A stretch of 64,000 nucleotides of DNA, taken from positions 6,378-70,377 of the forward strand of contig CAYSAM010000003.1 of the NCBI GenBank assembly GCA_964429015.1, in the 5' to 3' direction. The translations under genes and the position numbers were made by a program. The notes below the pieces were generated by a model. The model worked only from the letters and a program-made list of their open reading frames with translations, did not search any database and was not told where the DNA came from. The stretch's first letter is position 1, and each line of letters opens with the position of its first letter. Positions 17,925-27,562 of this stretch are shown in pieces. This DNA is from an uncultured Pseudomonadales bacterium (GTDB lineage: Bacteria; Patescibacteriota; Microgenomatia; UBA1400; MFAQ01).

Positions 17925-18338
17925 ATGTCACGTCGTCATCAAGCCAAACTTGCCAAACTAAATCGTTCTTCCAAACAAAGAGCCTCTTTGTTTCGCACAC
18001 AGTTAAACCAACTTATCCAAAACGGGTCATTGGCTACTACCGTTGTCAAAGCAAAAGTGATTAAACGTCTTTTTGATCGTCTAGCTTCCAAAGCAGTCGA
18101 TGGTACTTTGTCTGATAGACGACGCATTGCTTCCACTTTGGGTCATCCCAAAAATGCAAACAAGCTTTTCGATCTTATTGTTCCTGCTATGGGCGGTCGC
18201 AAGAGTGGTTTTACCACTATCCAAAAAACTGGTGTTCGCAAAGGCGACGCTACCACCACAGCTACTCTTTCCTTTGTTATTCCCATGCCCGTGCGTCCAG
18301 AAGTAGTTAAGGAAAAGAAAATAGAAAAAACCAAATAA
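17925..18338 (+). CDS. rplQ: 50S ribosomal protein L17
   Basis: MSRRHQAKLAKLNRSSKQRASLFR... Confidence 0.92.
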   Translation: MSRRHQAKLAKLNRSSKQRASLFRTQLNQLIQNGSLATTVVKAKVIKRLFDRLASKAVDGTLSDRRRIASTLGHPKNANKLFDLIVPAMGGRKSGFTTIQKTGVRKGDATTTATLSFVIPMPVRPEVVKEKKIEKTK

Positions 18339-18343
18339 ATCTT

Positions 18344-18784
18344 ATGAAAACAACTACCCTAACACCCAAAGACATCACTCGTAAGTGGCACTTGGTCGAT
18401 CTAAGTGGTCAAGTTCTTGGTCGCTCTGCTGTCAAAATTGCTCGCCTTTTAGCTGGTAAAGACAAAGTTTTAACAGGTGACCATCTCGATAATGGTGACT
18501 ACGTTGTAGCTCTAAACGCCAAAAGTTTTGTTGTAACAGGCAAAAAACTAACCGACAAAATGTATTATTCTCACTCAGGATTTGCTGGTGGATTCAAAGA
18601 AAAAAACCTACAACAAATGATCGAAAAAGATCCTCGTAAGGTTATAGAAAAAGCTGTAAAAGGTATGTTACCAAAAGACAAACACCAACAAAATCGTCTC
18701 CGAAGACTCAAGGTCTACACTGACGACAAACATCCTTACGCTGTTCAACTTGGATTAGTCAAAAAAGAAGAAGCTAAGTCCTAA
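18344..18784 (+). CDS. rplM: 50S ribosomal protein L13
   Basis: ...KWHLVDLSGQVLGRSAVKIARLLAGK... Confidence 0.93.
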   Translation: MKTTTLTPKDITRKWHLVDLSGQVLGRSAVKIARLLAGKDKVLTGDHLDNGDYVVALNAKSFVVTGKKLTDKMYYSHSGFAGGFKEKNLQQMIEKDPRKVIEKAVKGMLPKDKHQQNRLRRLKVYTDDKHPYAVQLGLVKKEEAKS

Positions 18785-18814
18785 ATATAAAATATAAAAT
18801 TTAAAATAATCTAA

Positions 18815-19294
18815 ATGGCTCAAAAACTATCCAAAAAATCCAAAGTTGCAGTAAAACCAGTAAAATCTGCTGTTACCAAAAAAGGTGCCCTAACCATGCC
18901 CAAAGAGTTTTTCTCTGGTCTAGGTCGTCGCAAAACAGCTGTTGCTCGTGTTCGTATCTGGTCTGGTAAGCAAGAAATGGTTGTCAATGGCAAGCCAATC
19001 TCTGAGTACTTCAAAGGTGATGTTTTCAAAAAAACTTACAACGCTCCTTTCTTAGCTACAGACTCCCTTGGTCAGTTTACTGGTAGTGTCAAAGTTGCTG
19101 GGTCCGGCCTTATGGGCCAGGTCGACGCTTTAGTCCACGGTATTGCTCGTGCTTTAATCAAAGTCAATCCAGAAGGCTACAAACAAGTCCTTCGCGATAA
19201 AGGTTTCCTAACTCGTGATCCACGCATGAAAGAAACCAGAAAGCCAGGCCAAGGTGGCAAGGCTCGCTCCAAGAAACAATCTCCAAAGCGTTAA
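18815..19294 (+). CDS. rpsI: 30S ribosomal protein S9
   Basis: ...GLGRRKTAVARVRIW...GGKARSKKQSPKR. Confidence 0.93.
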   Translation: MAQKLSKKSKVAVKPVKSAVTKKGALTMPKEFFSGLGRRKTAVARVRIWSGKQEMVVNGKPISEYFKGDVFKKTYNAPFLATDSLGQFTGSVKVAGSGLMGQVDALVHGIARALIKVNPEGYKQVLRDKGFLTRDPRMKETRKPGQGGKARSKKQSPKR

Positions 19295-19304
19295 TCTTAA
19301 AAAA

Positions 19305-19331
19305 ATACCCCCTGTTGGGGGTATTTTTTTG
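19305..19331 (+). terminator. rho-independent terminator
   Basis: ATACCCCC-TGTT-GGGGGTAT followed by TTTTTTT. Confidence 0.9.
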
Positions 19332-19344
19332 CTAAACTACATTA

Positions 19345-22300
19345 GTGACCAGTTTTTTTACCTATCTTCACAAGCTTAACAAAGTAAAAGTTGGAATAAT
19401 TTTTTTATCTCTTTGTTTTTTGGTGTCAGTCGCCGTTTTTATTTTGCCTCAACTTCGTCAAACTGCGCGCATCAAACTTGGATCAGTAGACGGGCTAACT
19501 ATAACCGCTGATAAGCAGGACTCTCTCGGTATCTTCACCAATACCCAATTTACCGTCAAAACAGATACTGATCTGAGCTCTTCCGACATCAAAAAGAACC
19601 TCACCATTTTTCCTGCTACAGAATTCGATATTCAGCCGATTTCTGCACGTCAATTCACCTTAACTCCAAAACAACACCTCCTAGATAACAGTATCTACAG
19701 AATCGAAGTCAAAACCAATCAAAAAACTTTTTCGTGGGCATTTCAAACCAAAAATGATTTTCGTGTAGTCAATTCTCTTCCAGCCGACAAAACAGCCTAC
19801 GTACCCACAAACACAGGTATAGAACTAATTTTTAGCCACGACAACTGGGAAGATCCAAAAAGTTTCTTTTCTATTCATCCCAAGACGGAAGTAAGTTTCG
19901 AGCGCCACGGCCGGACCGCCTCATTTTTGCCTAAGTCCTTAAATCCCGGAACTCTTTATACCGTTACTCTCAAAAAAGGTCTAAAGCTAAACGGTACTGT
20001 CGATATCCTAAAAGACGATTTCACTTTTCAATTCGAAACAAAACCTTCCACTCCAATACAATCAAAAGTAAGCTTTTCCAAACTAACTTACGAATTTTCT
20101 GACACAGTAACACCAGCTTTCGATGTCTATGTTCCCAGTGAATCACTTTCGGCTATTTCTGCTGATATTTACAAATATCCCGGAGACTCAAGTTTTCTAA
20201 ATCATCTAAATGAAAAAATCTCTACCCCCTCGTGGGCAACTTACTCGGTTAGTAGCGATGTTTTACCAACTAACAATCTTACCAAAGTGGTTTCCCTAAA
20301 TCTAAATATTCAAAAGCAAAAATATAGTAACTTTTTCTCACTTCCCCAAACCCTACCTCTTGGACAATACCTTATCGAGGTATCTGCTGGTGGTCAAAAA
20401 TCCCAAGCACTATTTCAGGTTACCAATGTTTCCGCTTACTTTACCCAAAGTGGCACCAAAACTCTAGTTTGGGTCAACAGTTTAGCAAACGCTCCACTTT
20501 CTGGTGCTACGGTAACTTACAACAATAACAATCAGACCACCGATCAAAACGGCATCTCTTACTTCGAAACTGAACCCTCAGATATACAACTAGGTTTTCA
20601 AAATAAAACAACTATAGTTGCCGTGAAGCAGTCACTTGGAGCTCTTTATTTTCCTTTAAAGAGCGATTATTCTATTTTTTACCAAAAGCAATCACGCCAA
20701 TCAGATAAGTACTGGAGTTATATTTATCTAGACAGGCCCACCTATCTTCCAACAGATACTGTAAAGCTTTGGGGTTTACTCAAAAACAGAGATCTGCCAG
20801 ATAAAAAAACAGAATTTACCTTAGAGGTTACTCGCTCCGATTATCATTCTTGGGACTATCAGCCCATTGCTGTCTATTCCAAAAAAGTTACAACAACAGA
20901 TTTAGGAACCTATCTCGAAGAAATCAACCTCAATCAGTTTTCACCAGGCTGGTATACACTCAGTTTTAAGGTTGGTAATGATATCGTTATTAATTCAGGT
21001 TTTAGTGTTGAAACCTATGTCAAACCAGCCTACAAAATTTCTGTTCAACCTTCGGTCAAAGCTGCTTTTTCTGGAGATCAAATTAATCTTTTAGGTCAGG
21101 CCCAATTTTTTGAGGGGACACCTGTTGTTGGTTTACCGCTAAAAAGCTACAATTCTGACAGTAGTCTAGCTTCACTTACTCCAATCACTGACAACCAGGG
21201 TAAATTTTCAGTTTCTGTTCCTGTAAATAATGGTTCTGCAAATTATTCTCCTAATAATGTGAGTTTTACTTTCTCTCCAAAAAATCCTGAAGAGGGGCAA
21301 ATTTCTGGAAGCGCCAGCCTTGCTGTCTTTTCCTCTTCTCTCTATTTTCCTTATCCACGCATAGACAATAAAAACAATCAATCATCAGTTACTATCAACC
21401 TTCGTCAAGTAGATCTTCAAAAATACTCTCCCACAGCCGACCTCGCCGAGGTTTTTAATCCAGCACCAAATCAAAATGTTCACGCTGTTATTTATCAAAT
21501 CGATTGGCTCAAAAATCAGGTTGGTACGTACTACGATTTTATAAACAAGGTAACCTCTCCAACTTACGAATACTCACAATCTCAAAAGCAAATAGGGGAG
21601 TTTGACTTGGTTACAAATAGTTCTGGTCAAGCCACTTATAGTGTCAATCTCCCCGAAAATACAACATATAAAATTTCATTTTCTTCCAAGGATTCACTGG
21701 GCAGGACGGTTACTCAAGAAGCCATTTTGTACGGTAACAATTATGGTAATTCAGACGACAATTTTCTTTATCTAAAAACCGATAAAGAACAAGAGAAACC
21801 AAATACGTATAATATCGGCGAGCAAGTTAACCTTCATATTGAACAGGGTGGTAAAACTATAGCCGAAAACGAGTCAGACAAGTTTCTTTTTATTGTTTCT
21901 CAGCGCGGAATCAGATCATATTATCTCTCAGATAATGGCCTATTCAGCTTTAAATTTCCCGAAACCTTTATTCCAAACTTTTTTATCCAAGCAGTAAGAT
22001 TCAACGGTCAAACCTACCAAGCTACCGAAAATCTAAGCCTTTACTTCAACCAGGACTCCAAAAAATTAAACATTAAACTTTCCTCAGATAAACCTCTGTA
22101 CGAACCTGCTGATACTGCCAAAATTAACGTTACCACTTCAGACAATAGTGGCAATCCTATCCCTGCTGAAGTAGTCCTCAACGTGGTCGACGAGTCATAT
22201 TATGCACTCTTCACAGATTATCTCAATCCACTTTCAGAGATATACAAATCTGTCCAAACAGATATCATTACTACTTACGCCACACATCAATATCCAAGCA

Positions 22301-24528
22301 ACAACTCCGGAGCCGAAGGTGGTGGTTGTTTTCTTCCTGGAACCCAAATTCTTATGGCCGATGGAAAATCAAAAGGAATAGAGGAAATAAAAGTAGGTGA
22401 TAATATTAAAACTCGTCAAAGTCTCACTGACAAAAAACTAGTTAGTGCTAAGGTCAAAGAAGTCTTCACTCATCAAGTCAACGGCTACCTGCTAATAAAC
22501 AATCATCTTCGTGTCACCAAGGAGCACAACCTATATGTCAATGGTCGTTGGTTGACGGCAGGTGAGGTTAGGATTGGAGATAGTTATTTGTCAGTCGATG
22601 GAACTTACCAAACAATCAAGTCTATAGAGCCTCAGTCTGGTTTGTACAATGTTTACAACTTATCTATCGACAATCTTCACACCTACTTTGCTGAGGGCTT
22701 TTATGTTCACAACGAAAAAGGCGGTTCCCTTTTCAAAGACACAGCCTTTTTCGGCAACCTAACTACCAATAATCAAGGTCAAGGGTCTGTTGATATAAAA
22801 TTACCCGACAATCTCACTTCTTGGCGCGTGTCTTCAGTGGGACTCAGTTCCAATCTACAAGCAGGCAGTAAAACATTTCCACTGATTGTCAGGTTACCGT
22901 TTTTCCTCACCGCTACTCTTAATACTGACTACTTAGTTTCAGATAAACCTGTTGTTGTTGTACGCGCCTTTGGAGACAGTCTAGTTTCTGGTGATCAGGT
23001 AAATCTAAAAGTCGAGTCTTCTACCTTAAGTATCTCAAAATCAGTTTCTGGTCAAGCTTTCGAGCCCATAAAAATTGACATCAGTCCTCTAAAAGAAGGT
23101 CAACACAAACTAATTTTTACCGCCAGCTCACCAAAAGGTGGTTACAAGTTAGAAAGAACCATCAATGTTCTATCTACTCATCTTTCAAGGAGGTTTACAA
23201 AGTCTATCCCTCTAGCCGAAAATATTTCTTCATCCTCTTTTTCTGCTCAAAATCAAAAACTCGTAATTGCAGATCAAGGGTTAGGGAAGTATTATTCTCA
23301 ACTAACGTCTTTAACTTCCACTTGGGGTGATCGTCTAGATCAAAAAAACGCTCGATCCTTATCTCAGGAGTTGCTAAATCAATATTTCCAGGATCAAAAA
23401 CCCGTGGAGAAAATAGATTTCAATCTATACCAAACAAATACCGGAGGAATATCCCTCTTTCCTTACTCTGGTGCCGACATCGAAAACACATCCTTCATAG
23501 TAGCTTTAAGCAAAAATAAAATTGACAACTCCGCTGTTAAAAGCTACCTGTACTCAGCTCTTACCAAAGCAAAAGATCCAAATACCGCCAGTAAAGCACT
23601 ATTTGGTATTGCCAGTTTGGGTGAGCCGGTTCTTATCCAGATCAACAACATCATCGAAGATTCAAAAATAGATTTGGAGACAAAACTTTATCTTGGTTTG
23701 TCACTAGCAGAAATAGGTGACAAGGAAAAATCTTTATCACTCTACAAGGAGCTACTTGCCACAACCAAATTAGAAGAACAAAACATTTCCATCATTGCAC
23801 TTTTTGCTGACCTGTCAGCCATACTTGGTCAGTCAGAGGCAGACGATTTTCTTAACCGTGTCTTTACCACCTCATCTAAGGAGTACTCATTAGTAAGTCA
23901 AAAACTATTTGCACTTCAGAGTCTGTTACCAAGAGCCAGTACAGAACCAGTCGCTTTTACTTATAGTCTTGCTGGCACAGAAAAAAAGATCACTCTTGCC
24001 AAAGGGCAAAACTTAAACCTCTATGTTACGGAAAAGGACTTAGCCACTCTAAAATTCTCAAATATCTCTGGTCAAGCCATCATCACTTCTGTTATTTCTG
24101 TTCCTGTAGAGCCTGCCAAAATGGCAGCCAATTCCAGCCTAGTTCTTACCAGAACCTTTTATGTTGCGGGTAAAGAATCAACTTCAATAGGTGAATCAGA
24201 CTTAGTTAAAGTCGGTCTTACTTTCCAGATAAACGAAAATCTTCAAGATGGTTGTTATCAAGTTCAGGATGTTTTACCTTCCGGTCTAAAACCTGTTTCT
24301 GCCTTGTTATACCCCGGCCAAGACACCGATTTTTATCACTACCCCTACCAAATCGATGGCCAAAAAGTTAGTTTTTGTGTAACTAAAAACAGCACTAACA
24401 AAAATATTTACTACTATGCAAGAGTCGTAAACCAAGGCGTTTTCAAAGCAGAAAATGCCTTAATTCAGTCCTTAGCTAGCCCCTCCATTTTTACTCTCTC
24501 GCCTTCTTCTGAAGTAAATATAAAATGA
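19345..24528 (+). CDS. large alpha-2-macroglobulin-family surface protein (1727 aa) with embedded Hint / bacterial intein-like domain
   Basis: N-terminal TM/signal; Big-like repeats; A2M-domain signature ...LPDNLTSWRVSSVGL...RLPFF... with VVDESYYAL upstream. Residues 995-1123 run from CFLPGTQILMADG to FYVHN, which is Hint-like. No CxEQ thioester. Confidence 0.8.
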   Translation: MTSFFTYLHKLNKVKVGIIFLSLCFLVSVAVFILPQLRQTARIKLGSVDGLTITADKQDSLGIFTNTQFTVKTDTDLSSSDIKKNLTIFPATEFDIQPISARQFTLTPKQHLLDNSIYRIEVKTNQKTFSWAFQTKNDFRVVNSLPADKTAYVPTNTGIELIFSHDNWEDPKSFFSIHPKTEVSFERHGRTASFLPKSLNPGTLYTVTLKKGLKLNGTVDILKDDFTFQFETKPSTPIQSKVSFSKLTYEFSDTVTPAFDVYVPSESLSAISADIYKYPGDSSFLNHLNEKISTPSWATYSVSSDVLPTNNLTKVVSLNLNIQKQKYSNFFSLPQTLPLGQYLIEVSAGGQKSQALFQVTNVSAYFTQSGTKTLVWVNSLANAPLSGATVTYNNNNQTTDQNGISYFETEPSDIQLGFQNKTTIVAVKQSLGALYFPLKSDYSIFYQKQSRQSDKYWSYIYLDRPTYLPTDTVKLWGLLKNRDLPDKKTEFTLEVTRSDYHSWDYQPIAVYSKKVTTTDLGTYLEEINLNQFSPGWYTLSFKVGNDIVINSGFSVETYVKPAYKISVQPSVKAAFSGDQINLLGQAQFFEGTPVVGLPLKSYNSDSSLASLTPITDNQGKFSVSVPVNNGSANYSPNNVSFTFSPKNPEEGQISGSASLAVFSSSLYFPYPRIDNKNNQSSVTINLRQVDLQKYSPTADLAEVFNPAPNQNVHAVIYQIDWLKNQVGTYYDFINKVTSPTYEYSQSQKQIGEFDLVTNSSGQATYSVNLPENTTYKISFSSKDSLGRTVTQEAILYGNNYGNSDDNFLYLKTDKEQEKPNTYNIGEQVNLHIEQGGKTIAENESDKFLFIVSQRGIRSYYLSDNGLFSFKFPETFIPNFFIQAVRFNGQTYQATENLSLYFNQDSKKLNIKLSSDKPLYEPADTAKINVTTSDNSGNPIPAEVVLNVVDESYYALFTDYLNPLSEIYKSVQTDIITTYATHQYPSNNSGAEGGGCFLPGTQILMADGKSKGIEEIKVGDNIKTRQSLTDKKLVSAKVKEVFTHQVNGYLLINNHLRVTKEHNLYVNGRWLTAGEVRIGDSYLSVDGTYQTIKSIEPQSGLYNVYNLSIDNLHTYFAEGFYVHNEKGGSLFKDTAFFGNLTTNNQGQGSVDIKLPDNLTSWRVSSVGLSSNLQAGSKTFPLIVRLPFFLTATLNTDYLVSDKPVVVVRAFGDSLVSGDQVNLKVESSTLSISKSVSGQAFEPIKIDISPLKEGQHKLIFTASSPKGGYKLERTINVLSTHLSRRFTKSIPLAENISSSSFSAQNQKLVIADQGLGKYYSQLTSLTSTWGDRLDQKNARSLSQELLNQYFQDQKPVEKIDFNLYQTNTGGISLFPYSGADIENTSFIVALSKNKIDNSAVKSYLYSALTKAKDPNTASKALFGIASLGEPVLIQINNIIEDSKIDLETKLYLGLSLAEIGDKEKSLSLYKELLATTKLEEQNISIIALFADLSAILGQSEADDFLNRVFTTSSKEYSLVSQKLFALQSLLPRASTEPVAFTYSLAGTEKKITLAKGQNLNLYVTEKDLATLKFSNISGQAIITSVISVPVEPAKMAANSSLVLTRTFYVAGKESTSIGESDLVKVGLTFQINENLQDGCYQVQDVLPSGLKPVSALLYPGQDTDFYHYPYQIDGQKVSFCVTKNSTNKNIYYYARVVNQGVFKAENALIQSLASPSIFTLSPSSEVNIK
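22327..22713 (+). mobile_element. Hint (BIL/mini-intein-like) domain inserted in the A2M-like protein
   Basis: Begins with Cys and ends with His-Asn (HN); 129 aa. The +1 residue is Glu, not Cys/Ser/Thr, which argues for BIL-type over a canonical intein. Confidence 0.65.
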
Positions 24529-26258
24529 AGTTTTGGCAGCTTATTCTTGGTTTTTCTCTGATGCTATCTATTGTCTTTTTGTCATTCCGGTCCCGGTCTA
24601 ATACTCAGTCCTCATCATTGCTAGTAGAGCGTGGCAATCCAGAGTCAATCTCGACCACCTTTGCCTACGATCAAAATACTTTTCTAAATTCACTTTCATC
24701 TTCAAATTTCTCAAAAAATAAATACGCAAAAGGAGTAATTATTCCTCATCACCTCCTGGCCTCTCCGCTTATTGTCAAAGGAATAAGTATGCTCAGCGTA
24801 ATTGATCCTCAAAGTACTGTTATTCTGCTATCTCCCAATCATGCAAACCTAGGAAGCTGCGACATTGTCTCTTCAAATCTTCCCTGGTCCACTCCATATG
24901 GAGAAGTCGAAATAGACAAAAAATTGCAAGATGAGTACTTAGTTTCAAAACAAATTTGCATTGATAATTACAGTATAAAAGAAGAACATGGTATCGCTAC
25001 CATCTTGCCATATCTTAAGTATTTTTACCCTCAAGTCAAAGTTCTCCCACTCGCATTTAAAAAAAATATTTCCGAGGAAAAGTTAGAAAAAATAGCCTCA
25101 TTGCTTTCACAAACTTTAAAATATCAAACTAACTTTTTAATTAGCTCAATTGATTTTTCACACAACCTTAGTCTTTCAGAGTCCCAAAAAAAAGATTTGC
25201 TAACCGAAAAATATATCGAATACAAAGACGTCAAAACCATAAAAAATCTTTCCTCTGACTTTCTAGATTCGCCATCGGTACTAATAAATACTTTGCAAAT
25301 AGCCCAAAAAAACGATCTTACTACAAATCAAGAAAATCACAAATCTTCGTACGATTTTGGCTCAAACAGCGATGGGGTTACAAGCTATTTTGTTTATAGT
25401 CTGACTCCAAAACAAACAGATCAAAATTTGACTCTTTTATTTGGCGGCGATGTTATGCTTGGTCGCTCTGTAAATACTCAAATTAGAAATTTTGCCGACT
25501 ATGCCTGGCCAACCAAACTAGTTTCCGAGTTCACAAAACAGTCAGATCTTTTTCTTATAAACCTAGAGTCACCATTCAAGTCAGGGTGTGAGCCAACCGA
25601 CAAGGGTATGGTTTTTTGTGCTCACCCCAATAGCGTGGCCACCCTCGTTAGCGCTGGTGTCGACGTTGTCAATATAGCCAATAACCATATTTATAATCAG
25701 GGCAAAGAGGGTTTATTAGAAACTATCAATATTTTAAATAAAAATAACATTGTATTTGTAGGGGCGGACCCCCGTGTCCGCCCGTTAGATAACCCATTTA
25801 GTTCAATCATCACCATCAAAAATACCAAAATAGCCATCTTAGGTTTCAATGATATTGCACCCTTTCCCCAAGAGGTAAACAAATTGACAGTAGAAAATCT
25901 AACAAGCCAAATTAAAGGTGTTCGTTCTCAGGCAGACTTAGTCATTGTTACTTTTCACTGGGGAAACGAATACCAAAAAGCCAGCCCTCGTCAAAAGGAG
26001 TATGCTCACCTAGCTATCGACCAAGGTGCAGATGCCGTCATCGGTGCCCACCCTCACTGGGTGCAAGAGTTCGAGGAATACCAAGGCAAGCCTGTTTATT
26101 ATTCACTTGGCAATCTGGTCTTCGATCAAATGTGGTCCGAGGAAACCAAAAGTGGACTATTAGTAAAGCTTACCTATCAGAATAAAAAGCTTATCAAAAC
26201 CGAAAACTTTCCCGTAAAAATCGAAAACTACGGCCAACCGTATATAATCAAATTATGA
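24525..26258 (+). CDS. Memo-like (AmmeMemoRadiSam B family) :: CapA/PGA_cap metallophosphatase fusion protein with N-terminal TM
   Basis: N-terminal half: GVIIPHHLLASP...LLSPNH...EHGIATILPYL...SSIDFSHN (Memo pattern). C-terminal half: LLFGGDVMLGRSV...IANNHIYNQG...FHWGNEYQ...GAHPHW (CapA). ATGA overlap with the upstream gene. Confidence 0.65.
   Translation: MKFWQLILGFSLMLSIVFLSFRSRSNTQSSSLLVERGNPESISTTFAYDQNTFLNSLSSSNFSKNKYAKGVIIPHHLLASPLIVKGISMLSVIDPQSTVILLSPNHANLGSCDIVSSNLPWSTPYGEVEIDKKLQDEYLVSKQICIDNYSIKEEHGIATILPYLKYFYPQVKVLPLAFKKNISEEKLEKIASLLSQTLKYQTNFLISSIDFSHNLSLSESQKKDLLTEKYIEYKDVKTIKNLSSDFLDSPSVLINTLQIAQKNDLTTNQENHKSSYDFGSNSDGVTSYFVYSLTPKQTDQNLTLLFGGDVMLGRSVNTQIRNFADYAWPTKLVSEFTKQSDLFLINLESPFKSGCEPTDKGMVFCAHPNSVATLVSAGVDVVNIANNHIYNQGKEGLLETINILNKNNIVFVGADPRVRPLDNPFSSIITIKNTKIAILGFNDIAPFPQEVNKLTVENLTSQIKGVRSQADLVIVTFHWGNEYQKASPRQKEYAHLAIDQGADAVIGAHPHWVQEFEEYQGKPVYYSLGNLVFDQMWSEETKSGLLVKLTYQNKKLIKTENFPVKIENYGQPYIIKL
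25749..25779. repeat. REP-like palindrome (family 2) inserted in-frame within the CapA-like CDS
   Basis: GTAGGGGCGGACCCCCGTGTCCGCCCGTTAG; near-identical to the element downstream of the RAYT at 44628. Confidence 0.7.
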
Positions 26259-27394
26259 AAAAACTTTTTACCCTACTTTTTTTAATTGCATTCATTTTTG
26301 TTACAAAACCAGTTGAGGCTGTTTACTTTGGCTCTGGCGAAAAACTTTCTTTTCCCAAAACTCAAAAATTCAACGAAACAGTTTTTGTTGCTGCTTCCGA
26401 CCTAAACTTCGAAGCCGACGTCACTGGGGACCTTCTCTGTGCCGGTCAAAATATTACTATCTCCGGCAAAATTACCGGCGATATTCTCTGTGCAGGTCAA
26501 AATATTACTATCACAGGTACCGTCGACGGCAACGTCCGCGTAGTAGGCCAACAGGTTAATCTAAATGGTTCTGTATCACGCAACTTAAGTGTTGTTGCTC
26601 AAGTCCTAAAACTTTCTAGCAGCTCCAATATCAAAGGAGATATTTACTACGGAGTCCAAAGTGTTGATTTGCAAGGTGTTTTAGGTCGAGATCTGGCCGG
26701 CGGCTCAGAAAGCATCAATATTTCTGGGTCGCTATTAAGAAACGCCAAAATAGCCGCCAACAAAATAAATATTGACACCAATGCTAAATTGGGAGGAGAT
26801 CTAGAATACTTTATCGAAAAAACCGGTACTGCCAACCTCAACGAAAAAAGTATCAAGGGGAAAGTTACTCGCCACGAAGTCGAATTAAAGGAAAAAGATC
26901 AAATCAATAGTGGTATCAAAAAAGTTACGCCTGCAATTGTAGTTACTAAAACAGTCCTCTCAATCATATCCTCAATTTTGTTAGCTTGCATGCTTTTGTA
27001 TTTTGTCCCTGCTAGAGTTTCTCAAGTCGTCACAGTTCAAAAATCTCATCCAGTTAAATCAGCCTTTGTTGGTTTGGCGGTTTTGGTTACCACGCCTTTA
27101 GCTATTATTATTTCTAGTATTTCTATAGTCGGTTTGGGATTAGCTGCTGTTATTTTACTTTTTTACATAATTAGTCTTATTCTTGCTTCTAGGTTTGTAG
27201 CTATTTATATCGGTGGTTTGTTAATGGAAAAAATCACGGCAACTGGTAAGTCAGTGTATCTTAGCGCTGCACTAGGTTGTTTGGCTTTTGGCATAGTCGC
27301 TATTATCCCTGTAGTTGGACCAATTGTTTCTTTCCTAATTTTTCTAATTGGGCTTGGATCAACTTTTCTCTCATACCTCCCCTCAGAAAAATAA
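26255..27394 (+). CDS. bactofilin-like beta-helix repeat protein with signal peptide and C-terminal multi-TM domain
   Basis: Repeats GDLLCAGQNITISGKITGDILCAGQNITITGTVDGNV...; four hydrophobic helices at the C-terminus; overlaps the upstream stop. Confidence 0.55.
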   Translation: MKKLFTLLFLIAFIFVTKPVEAVYFGSGEKLSFPKTQKFNETVFVAASDLNFEADVTGDLLCAGQNITISGKITGDILCAGQNITITGTVDGNVRVVGQQVNLNGSVSRNLSVVAQVLKLSSSSNIKGDIYYGVQSVDLQGVLGRDLAGGSESINISGSLLRNAKIAANKINIDTNAKLGGDLEYFIEKTGTANLNEKSIKGKVTRHEVELKEKDQINSGIKKVTPAIVVTKTVLSIISSILLACMLLYFVPARVSQVVTVQKSHPVKSAFVGLAVLVTTPLAIIISSISIVGLGLAAVILLFYIISLILASRFVAIYIGGLLMEKITATGKSVYLSAALGCLAFGIVAIIPVVGPIVSFLIFLIGLGSTFLSYLPSEK

Positions 27395-27407
27395 CCAGGT
27401 TCAACCT

Positions 27408-27503
27408 GTCATGCCGGTCTTGATGAGTTTGTCCCGAGTACCCCCTCGGGAGCATCCAGTCCACGTCATTGCGATGCACGACTTTAGGTCGGCCGCGGCA
27501 ATC
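27408..27503. repeat. GTCAT-hairpin composite repeat element (family 1)
   Basis: GTCATGCCGGTCTTGATGAG...TCCCGAG-TACCCC-CTCGGGAG...CGTCATTGCGATGCACGACTTTAGGTCGGCCGCGGCAATCT. Confidence 0.75.
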
Positions 27504-27562
27504 TATAAAAATAAATTCCACTTTCCTGTTCAACCAAACATATCTCTTGCTACAATTATTTA

